This document shows, one piece after another, positions 9,356 through 16,661 of a DNA stretch of 22,190 nucleotides. Under the pieces are notes generated by a model. It did no database searches. It worked only from the letters and a program-made list of their open reading frames with translations, and was not told where the DNA came from. A program made the translations under genes and the position numbers. Source of the DNA: Desulfobacteraceae bacterium (GTDB lineage Bacteria > Desulfobacterota > Desulfobacteria > Desulfobacterales > JAIFKL01); the NCBI GenBank assembly GCA_020049595.1, contig JAIFKL010000306.1, positions 1-22,190 of the forward strand. Reading direction: 5' to 3'. Each line of letters opens with the position of its first letter. The first letter of the stretch is position 1.

Positions 9356-11602
9356 TCAGATGCGCTGACTGATATGACAGATATATATCTGCAAGGTGCT
9401 GACGCTTAAAATAATTGCAAAATTAATAAATTGTCCTGCACAGATCATCACCTTTTCAATTTTGTCTTTCTCTTTTTTTCTGTGCGAAGCATAACTCAGC
9501 AAAATGATAAAAACAGAAATTCCCGCCAATATAAAGACTGCCAGATGAGCATATTCAAGGGCTGACATATATGCTATCGGCAGGTCTGCAAAAAGCTTGA
9601 GATGAAAAACCGTATTTGCCGTCAATACGGCTGCCATCACAGACAGCGAAATGCCGAGCCGGTCTGCCGGCATAAGATACAGGATGCCGAAAATAATCAT
9701 CACCATGACGATGACCGGAAGAAAAGTTTTGAAGACAAACACAACGCCTTTCCTCTCAATCGGAATTGCCGCAGTAAAGCGGGAATAGCTGATGAGATGA
9801 TGCTTGTCAAAAAACTGGGGATTGCCGAGGGTGGAAACCTTTTCCACCGTATCCTGATAGAAATCCAGTTCGCCGAGCTGCCAGTCATCCGCATCTTTGA
9901 GCTTTGTTTTCTCAAGCATATTCTTTGCCTGCGGAAGCCCGAGCGTATCGGCAACATAAATCAACTGCTCTTTTTTCATTTCAATGTGCCGGAATCTTAT
10001 CTTCAACGTATGGCGGTCAAAAGGATAGGCGTGAAAATCAAAATCATTTTTGAAATCCGCTTTGATACGGTAAGCCCGAAACACAATACCCTTTTCGTCT
10101 GTTCCTTTGATAAAAGGCTGGCCCAGTTCAACCGGACTTACGGCGTTGAGAAATTCGATCTGAGTTTCATCAAAATCGCCTTTATAGCGGAACCAGAGAT
10201 AAAAATCTGCCGTATAACTTGAATGTATAGTATTCAGCTTGCTTATTTCATTCATATAGATTCCGGCATACACCACACGGGTCTGAGTCATCAGTTTTCC
10301 GTCGCTCAGTATGATGTCGCCTTCCAATGCCTTTCTGAACACATCCTCAACCTGCTCCCCTTCGGGAACAGGCTGATACTGAACAAAGTCGGGAAAGAGT
10401 GTCTGTTTTTCATAGAATCCGATGAAGGGCGGCCGGGAGACATTGCCTTTTGCATTAAAATAAATACGCCCGCTGACGCCTCTGATCGCATTTTCATAGT
10501 TGTAAAAACTTTTCAACGCCTCCCTGATTTTCCTCCGGTCGCTGCGTATATGCCCTTTTCCCTGTATGTCAGCTTTCTTGACAGCTTCCACCGCGACGTG
10601 CATCGCATCATAATAGCAGCCGGCTATCCATGAGGGTTCTTCTCTGTATTTTTTGATGAAAGACTGTCTGAAAAAATAGGCTTCTTTATCGGCAACATCT
10701 GTCAGAAGCGGTGATATCGCGAGAATGCCGTCGGAATAATATCCGGGATTCGACTGTTCTTTCGGATATTTTTTCAATGCCTCAATAAAAAAGCCTGTTG
10801 AAAGCGAATCCGGACCGATAGCAGGGTATTTTTTTCCCATGTCTCTTAAAAGCCGAATGGTTTCTGCCGCTTCAGGAAAGTGCATTGCCAGAAAAAGTAT
10901 TCCCGGATCGCCGGCGCTGTCTATTGACTCGGCAATCTTTTTTAAAACCGTATCAGGCTTTTGAGCGGAAGAATCGAATCCCCATTTTCCTTTAATATCA
11001 ATCCCCAGCTTTTTTGCCATTATTTCAAAATATTCGGCAAGAGAAGAGCCGTAACTGTCTTTATCAGATATGATCGTGGCAGATGTTGACTTCAAGGCTT
11101 TGCGAATATAATTTGCGATAAAATTGACTTGCGAAATATTGCCGGGAATAATTCTGAAATACCATTCATTATCAGAAGTAATCGCTTCCGCGCTGGCAGA
11201 CGCGGTCATCGCGCATATTTCATTCTGCTTATATATCTCTCCGGCAGCAATACAGGCACTGCTGTAATCATGTCCGAGTACCAGCAGCGCTTTTTTTGGG
11301 GAAGCAATTTCCGTAGCAACCTTCTTCGCAGTATGTTCATTGCTTTTATCATCAAAAACAAGCAGTTCTATCTTTTTCCCTGCCGGTTCGCCGCCCCTTT
11401 CGCGGAGGTGTTCCAGATACAGTTCCGCCCCTTTTAGCATTGCTTTTCCTCCTGCTTCTTCCGCACCGCTCATGGGACCCGCAAGGGCAATATAGATGAC
11501 TTCTTTTTTTAGCGGCGATAAAGGATGAAAGCGCAGGAAAGCGCCTGCTGCCCCCCCGATCATCAGCAGCAGAAAGATGATAACAATCAGTATTTTTTTC
11601 AT
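9356..11602 (-). CDS. Periplasmic-binding-protein (LivK-like PBP1) domain fused to prokaryotic pentameric ligand-gated ion channel (Pro-loop receptor), paralog A
   Basis: Signal peptide MKKILIVIIFLLLMIGGAAGA. The N-terminal ~400 aa are LivK/ANF-receptor-type PBP1 (IYIALAGPMSGAEEAGG…LLVLGHDYSSAC…). The C-terminal extracellular domain carries the Cys-less Cys-loop signature AYPFDRHTLKI (compare GLIC RYPFDSQTLHI). M1 has the conserved Pro (FKTFLPVIVMV). M2 ends in the LP-x-x-x-Y motif (FADLPIAYMSALEY, compare GLIC TNLPKTPYMTY). M3 and M4 follow a short intracellular loop. The track start at 11608 is TTG; the ATG at 11602 gives a clean signal peptide. Confidence 0.8.
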   Translation of the reverse strand: MKKILIVIIFLLLMIGGAAGAFLRFHPLSPLKKEVIYIALAGPMSGAEEAGGKAMLKGAELYLEHLRERGGEPAGKKIELLVFDDKSNEHTAKKVATEIASPKKALLVLGHDYSSACIAAGEIYKQNEICAMTASASAEAITSDNEWYFRIIPGNISQVNFIANYIRKALKSTSATIISDKDSYGSSLAEYFEIMAKKLGIDIKGKWGFDSSAQKPDTVLKKIAESIDSAGDPGILFLAMHFPEAAETIRLLRDMGKKYPAIGPDSLSTGFFIEALKKYPKEQSNPGYYSDGILAISPLLTDVADKEAYFFRQSFIKKYREEPSWIAGCYYDAMHVAVEAVKKADIQGKGHIRSDRRKIREALKSFYNYENAIRGVSGRIYFNAKGNVSRPPFIGFYEKQTLFPDFVQYQPVPEGEQVEDVFRKALEGDIILSDGKLMTQTRVVYAGIYMNEISKLNTIHSSYTADFYLWFRYKGDFDETQIEFLNAVSPVELGQPFIKGTDEKGIVFRAYRIKADFKNDFDFHAYPFDRHTLKIRFRHIEMKKEQLIYVADTLGLPQAKNMLEKTKLKDADDWQLGELDFYQDTVEKVSTLGNPQFFDKHHLISYSRFTAAIPIERKGVVFVFKTFLPVIVMVMIIFGILYLMPADRLGISLSVMAAVLTANTVFHLKLFADLPIAYMSALEYAHLAVFILAGISVFIILLSYASHRKKEKDKIEKVMICAGQFINFAIILSVSTLQIYICHISQRI

Positions 11603-11617
11603 AAACAAATGCCAGCC

Positions 11618-13855
11618 CTACTTCAGATAACAGGTATAGGCAATTAAAACAGCAATAACTGAAACCGCCGGAGGATAAAGAATCTTTGCCGCACGGCTGA
11701 GATATTTTATCTTGTTCCGAGCGTCTTTTTTCAGCAAATGTCTGACGCAGAGGAAAAAGAACAAAGACATTGCCGCCAATGCGTAAAATGAGAAAAAGGC
11801 ATATTCAATAAATAAAAAATACCCTGCCGAAGAAAAATAGTGATAAATCCTGAGATGATACAGTCCGCATGTCAGCGCCGCCGCTCCCAGCATCATCAGA
11901 CGGATGCCGAAGCGATCATGCGGCAGAAAATAGGTGAAATACAGTATCATAACCGCAATGAAAATCGGGAGAAAATTTTTGAGAATAAAGGCAAAACCGG
12001 TTCTTTCTCCCTGAAAGACCGCATTAAACTGTGAGTAATCAATATCTGTCTCATGGTAATTATCCGGAAATTTTCCGACAACAGTATTTTTCGTCACCGC
12101 GTCCTGATAAAAAAGAATACCGGTGATATTCCAGCTTTCAAGCATTCTTTTGGTCTGGTTTTCGATCTCATTTTTTATGGTTTCAAGCTGAGGCATGCCC
12201 AGTCTGTCAGGAACGAAGACCAGCCTGTTTCTCGGAATCTCTGTATTGCGGAGGCTGATTCTGATGGTCTGCTGTCCGAAGGGATATTTGTGAAAATCAA
12301 AAGCGACTTTGAAAGTCCCCTTTACCCGATAGGCTCTGACAGCGCTGCTGTCTGTTTTTGTTTCCATGATGGGACGGCTCAGGGCAACAGGCTTTACCGC
12401 GTTTGTAAACTCAATCAGACTTTCATCAAACTCTCCTTCAAACCGGAACCAGATATAAAAATCTATGGCGCAGGTTGAATTTTTTATATCGGAATTGCTG
12501 ATTTCATTAATATCAATGCCGGTATAAACAATCCTGAACTTCTCCATTTCTTTTTCATCAACCGTAATAAGGTCCTCTGCATGAGACGATGAAAGCGCGT
12601 GCTGCTCTGCTTCTGTTTCAGATACGAACTGATACTGGTAAAATGCCGGAAGGAACAGGCGTTTTTTATAGACGCCCATGGCCGGCGCCACGCTGACATC
12701 GCCGTGCGTGTCGAAGTACATGTTGCCGCATATCCCCGTGATTCCGGTTTCCGGGGAGTTCATTCTCGCCAATGCTTCTCTGAGCAGTTTCCGGCTTTCC
12801 CGTATGCTTATGACACCCTGAATTTCAGCCCTTTCAACCGCCTCGGCAGCAACCTGCATCGCGTCATAGTATGCGGCAGATACCCATGACGGTTCCTCTT
12901 TATACCTGTCGGCGAATTTTTTTCTGAATAAGTAAGCTTTTTCATTTGAAATATCGAGAATAAAGGGGGACACGGCATAAATATCGTCCGAATGGTATCC
13001 GGGAATGATCTGTTCTCCGGGATATCTTTTAAGATTCTCAAGAAATGTTTCCGCGGCAAGCGCATCCGAACCGACAATCGTATAACTTGTTCCGGGATAT
13101 TTCAATGACGCGACTATTTTTGCCGCTTCGGCACCGTGCATTGCCAGAAAAATCACCCCCGTGTCGTCTGTAGCTCTTAATTCGTCGGCAATCCGCTTTA
13201 CTTCAATGTCCGAATTTTTTTCATCCGTGTCAATTCCCCATTTTCCCTTAACCGTGATGCCCAATATCCCGGCAGATTTTTCAAATGCTTTGACAAGCGA
13301 TAACCCGTAAGAATCTTCGTCAAAAACAATGCTGACTTTATCTTTGTTCAGACTGCGGAAAATATAATTTGCGATAAAGCCGCCTTCAAAACGGTTCGCG
13401 GGGATGGTTCTGAAATACCAGTCATTGCCTGCAGTAATAAGGTCTGCTGTTGCAGAAGCGGTGATAACGGGCATACCTGTTTTTTTATAAACGTCTCCTG
13501 CCACAACAGAGGTTTCACTGGAATAATGACCCAGTACCAGCAGGACATTTTCATTTGCGACAATCTCAGACGCGGCTTTCATTGCCATGCGTTTATCGTC
13601 TCTGTCATCAAAGACAAGCAGTTCTATATTTCTGTCTTTGTGCTGTTTATTCCAGTCATCAGCGCAGAGACGGATCCCCTGAAGCATCCGCTGTCCCTGT
13701 AATTTCGCTTCTCCGCTGACAGGCAGCGCCACAGCAATCATAATCTTTTCTTTTTTGACAAAAGGAGAAAGCTGTGAATACTGGAGAATAAGCAGCACAG
13801 CCAGGGCGATCAGCGCCGATGCCGTTGCAGATATGAGCAGCCGTTTTCTTTTCAT
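11618..13855 (-). CDS. LivK-like PBP1 domain fused to pentameric ligand-gated ion channel, divergent paralog B
   Basis: Signal peptide MKRKRLLISATASALIALAVLLILQ from the ATG at 13855. The same PBP1-plus-channel architecture as A, with KYPFGQQTIRISL Pro-loop motif and M1 Pro (FLPIFIAVMILYF). M2 aligns to A but ends HLRIYHYF in place of HLKLFADLP, so the conserved LP is lost. The 9-nt gap to the downstream gene implies co-transcription. Confidence 0.75.
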   Translation of the reverse strand: MKRKRLLISATASALIALAVLLILQYSQLSPFVKKEKIMIAVALPVSGEAKLQGQRMLQGIRLCADDWNKQHKDRNIELLVFDDRDDKRMAMKAASEIVANENVLLVLGHYSSETSVVAGDVYKKTGMPVITASATADLITAGNDWYFRTIPANRFEGGFIANYIFRSLNKDKVSIVFDEDSYGLSLVKAFEKSAGILGITVKGKWGIDTDEKNSDIEVKRIADELRATDDTGVIFLAMHGAEAAKIVASLKYPGTSYTIVGSDALAAETFLENLKRYPGEQIIPGYHSDDIYAVSPFILDISNEKAYLFRKKFADRYKEEPSWVSAAYYDAMQVAAEAVERAEIQGVISIRESRKLLREALARMNSPETGITGICGNMYFDTHGDVSVAPAMGVYKKRLFLPAFYQYQFVSETEAEQHALSSSHAEDLITVDEKEMEKFRIVYTGIDINEISNSDIKNSTCAIDFYIWFRFEGEFDESLIEFTNAVKPVALSRPIMETKTDSSAVRAYRVKGTFKVAFDFHKYPFGQQTIRISLRNTEIPRNRLVFVPDRLGMPQLETIKNEIENQTKRMLESWNITGILFYQDAVTKNTVVGKFPDNYHETDIDYSQFNAVFQGERTGFAFILKNFLPIFIAVMILYFTYFLPHDRFGIRLMMLGAAALTCGLYHLRIYHYFSSAGYFLFIEYAFFSFYALAAMSLFFFLCVRHLLKKDARNKIKYLSRAAKILYPPAVSVIAVLIAYTCYLK

Positions 13856-13870
13856 TATGATACGCAAAGA

Positions 13871-13934
13871 AATTGAGAATTGAGAATTATTTCTCAATTC
13901 TCAATTCTCAATTTCTAATTACTAATTACTAATC
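13871..13934. repeat. Heptamer-repeat palindrome (AATTGAG x2 / CTCAATT x3) followed by TAATTAC x2, filling the intergenic gap between the lipoprotein and channel B genes
   Basis: AATTGAGAATTGAGAATT at 13871-13888 pairs with AATTCTCAATTCTCAATT. The TAATTAC repeats overlap the stop of the upstream gene (13929-13931). On the minus-strand mRNA the hairpin is followed by UUUCUUUG and then the ATG at 13855. Confidence 0.8.
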
Positions 13935-16661
13935 TTTAAGATACCAGTTTCGGATATGCTGACCCCCGATTGCCATCTGATACCAGCCTTTGACTCTCGG
14001 TTTTACCAGACAGTGCGCCGCCTCAAAATAAAGCGGAAAAATCACCGCCTGCTCTTCGCACAGAATCTGTTCCGCACGTTTGTAAATCTTTTTTCTCTCT
14101 TCGGGATTCGTGGTTTCCAATGCTTTTGTCATCAGATCGGCAAACTCCGCATTATCCCAGCCCGTAAAATTGTCCGGGTTGCGGGGGTTGAACAGTTCAT
14201 TGAGAATATTGTTCGCATCCGGATAATCCACAGACCAGCCGAACCTGCATATATGGTGCGAAGACGTATCCGGCTGATACAGATATTTCACATAATTATC
14301 CCATGTTTCTTCCCTGAGAATGAGATGAATGCTGAGATAATACTCCAACGATGCCTGAACCGCACGGGCAATCTCCGAATGGGTTTTGGAGGCATTGTAA
14401 AGGAGTTCTATCTCGGGAAAACCTTTGCCGTCCGGATAACCGGCTTCTGCCAGCCATTTTTTCGCCTGCAAAGGATCAAAACTGATGCCCACCCCGTTTT
14501 TCGGATCAACGGAACCCAGAATCGGCGGTGGCGTATAAGTCGTTGCCGGTGACTCGCCGCTTTTGGTGACCAGATCAATTAAAAACTGACGGTCAACCGC
14601 GGCGCAGATCGCCTTCCGAACCAGCGGATTGTCCATCGGCGGACGTTTGGTATTAAAGCCGTAGGAATATGTCGCAAACATCGGCGCTCTTGAATATTCT
14701 TTGCCGAGCTGGGGATTTGATTTAATATCATTCAGTTGTGCAAAAGGCAGCCGCAGATAGTTTCCGCCGGTTATGTCTAATTCGCTGTTTTCATACATGA
14801 CCAGACCCACCGCGCTTTCAGGTATGATGTAAAACCGGACTTCAGGGATGGAAACTTTTGACGCTTCGTAGTAATCCGGATTCTTCCTCAATATCATCAG
14901 CATCCCTTTGTCCCAGTACGTGAGTTTGTAAGAACCGTTTGTCTGAATGTTTTCAGGTTCTGTCCAGCGGTCCCCGTATTCTTCAACAGTCTCACGGGGC
15001 AGGGGTCTGTAAATCGCAAGCCCTGCCATTCCCGGAAAATACGCGGCAGGGTGTTCAAGCTCAAATTCCACGGTAAAATCATCGGGCGCATGTACGCCTA
15101 TCTGCGAGACATCCTTAATATTTCCGGCATTGATCTCTTTGGCGTTTTTCAGAATATAGAGCATGGAAACAGAGGGGCATTTGGTTTCCGGTCTGATATT
15201 CCGCTGAACTGCCCAGACAATATCACTCGCCGTAACCGGCTTGCCGCTTGTCCATTTGGCATCCTCGCGCAGTTTGAAGCGGTAGGTCTTTCCGTCATCG
15301 CTGACGGTCCAGCTCTGAGCCAGTTCGGGAACCGCTTCATAAGTTTTCGGATCAAAATCGGTCAGTCCCAGAAATATCTGCTCAACCGCTTCAACAGAGG
15401 AAATGTCCTGTGAAAGTCCCGGATCAACGGTCGTGATAAGCCCTTCCACGGGAAGCCGCAATGTGATTTCTTCCACCACATACAAAGGGCTGATTTCCTC
15501 TTTTGATTCATAATCCAACAGCTCGAATTTCCCGTTGCGAAGCTCTTTGAAAAAAATTTCTTTTCCGGCAATATCGCCGTTCAGCTTGAAAGAATAGGAG
15601 CCGGTAGCCCCTTTCCAGTTTTCTAAGAACCTCAGCGCGGATCCCATGGCAACGGGAACCGCGGAACCGCTCTTTTCAATGCTGTATGCCAGCAGTTGAA
15701 CCGCATCATATCCCTGAGCCGCCCATGTATCCGGCACCACGCCGAATTTTTTCCGAAACTTTTTGACAAAATCCCGTGTGCTTTTTGAAGGCATATCAGG
15801 ATTGAAAACCGAAGGAACGATCACATGCTCCGCGCTTTTCCCCGCCACCGTAAAAAGTTCCGGCGAGTCAAGGCTGTGTCCGCCGATAAAGGGAACGCTG
15901 ATGCCCATGCCTCGCGCCTGCTTGATCAGTTCTCCGGCAAAGGGAAGCAGTCCGCCGATAAAAACCGCATCAAATTTGTAATTTTTGGCAAGTTCCGATG
16001 TGATGCTCCTGAAATCTTTCTGCCATTTGAAATAAGAACGGACAGCGACAATCGTAATTCCCAGCTTGTCGGCTTCTTCGCTGAAAATATCGGCAAGGCG
16101 CTGGCCCGCGGTCTCTCTTTCATAAAAGACCGCCATTTTTCTGAATCCTTTCTGATAAGCCAGCGTTGCCGCCTTTTTTCCGGTTTCATCATCGGAGAGC
16201 ATATTTCTGAATGTATAGGTGCCGCCGTATTGTGTAAAGTTCGGGTCTGTCGCGCCCGTGGAAATAAAAAGAATACCCGTGTTTTCATAGATGATGGACA
16301 CCGGCACCGCAACGCCTGAGTAGCGATGCCCCACTACCGCAACCACATCGGGATGCGCTGCTAATTTCCTTGCAACAACCTGGGCAATATTGAGATATCT
16401 TTTGTCGTCGTAAAACAGGGGATGGATTTTTCTTCCCAGAGGTCCCCCCTGTTCGTTGATTTCCGACACTGCCAGATTGACGCCTTCCGTAAACAGGCTG
16501 GGATCAAAAGAAGAATCCACCACGCCGATACAAATATCCGCTTTTGACTCCCCGGCCCGTTTGGCTCTTTCTTCAGGCGATAGGGTGTCATTGCCGCAGG
16601 AAAAAACAGACAGCAGCGCTATGAGCAGAATAATGTGTTTACCTGTTTGCATCCGGCGCAT
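13929..16661 (-). CDS. Dual substrate-binding lipoprotein: N-terminal LivK-like PBP1 domain fused to C-terminal SBP family 5 (OppA/DppA/NikA-like) domain
   Basis: AGGAAA sits 6 nt upstream of the ATG. Lipobox LLSVFSCGND. Residues ~40-380 are PBP1 (ICIGVVDSS…VAVVGHRYSGVAVPVS…). Residues ~395-910 are SBP_bac_5 (VEQIFLGLTDFDPKTYEAVPELAQSWTVSDDGKTYRFKLREDAKWTSGKPVTASDIVWA…). The start overlaps the upstream SPFH gene's stop by 23 nt. Confidence 0.75.
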   Translation of the reverse strand: MRRMQTGKHIILLIALLSVFSCGNDTLSPEERAKRAGESKADICIGVVDSSFDPSLFTEGVNLAVSEINEQGGPLGRKIHPLFYDDKRYLNIAQVVARKLAAHPDVVAVVGHRYSGVAVPVSIIYENTGILFISTGATDPNFTQYGGTYTFRNMLSDDETGKKAATLAYQKGFRKMAVFYERETAGQRLADIFSEEADKLGITIVAVRSYFKWQKDFRSITSELAKNYKFDAVFIGGLLPFAGELIKQARGMGISVPFIGGHSLDSPELFTVAGKSAEHVIVPSVFNPDMPSKSTRDFVKKFRKKFGVVPDTWAAQGYDAVQLLAYSIEKSGSAVPVAMGSALRFLENWKGATGSYSFKLNGDIAGKEIFFKELRNGKFELLDYESKEEISPLYVVEEITLRLPVEGLITTVDPGLSQDISSVEAVEQIFLGLTDFDPKTYEAVPELAQSWTVSDDGKTYRFKLREDAKWTSGKPVTASDIVWAVQRNIRPETKCPSVSMLYILKNAKEINAGNIKDVSQIGVHAPDDFTVEFELEHPAAYFPGMAGLAIYRPLPRETVEEYGDRWTEPENIQTNGSYKLTYWDKGMLMILRKNPDYYEASKVSIPEVRFYIIPESAVGLVMYENSELDITGGNYLRLPFAQLNDIKSNPQLGKEYSRAPMFATYSYGFNTKRPPMDNPLVRKAICAAVDRQFLIDLVTKSGESPATTYTPPPILGSVDPKNGVGISFDPLQAKKWLAEAGYPDGKGFPEIELLYNASKTHSEIARAVQASLEYYLSIHLILREETWDNYVKYLYQPDTSSHHICRFGWSVDYPDANNILNELFNPRNPDNFTGWDNAEFADLMTKALETTNPEERKKIYKRAEQILCEEQAVIFPLYFEAAHCLVKPRVKGWYQMAIGGQHIRNWYLKD

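Noticed and set aside
9602-16319. Plus-strand and nested ORFs inside the channel and lipoprotein genes (9602-10222, 10223-10633, 11129-11437, 12053-12478, 12599-12889, 13956-14552, 15051-15413, 15825-16319 and others)
   Set aside because: They are antisense or out-of-frame to long ORFs with strong family-level motifs. No recognisable domains.
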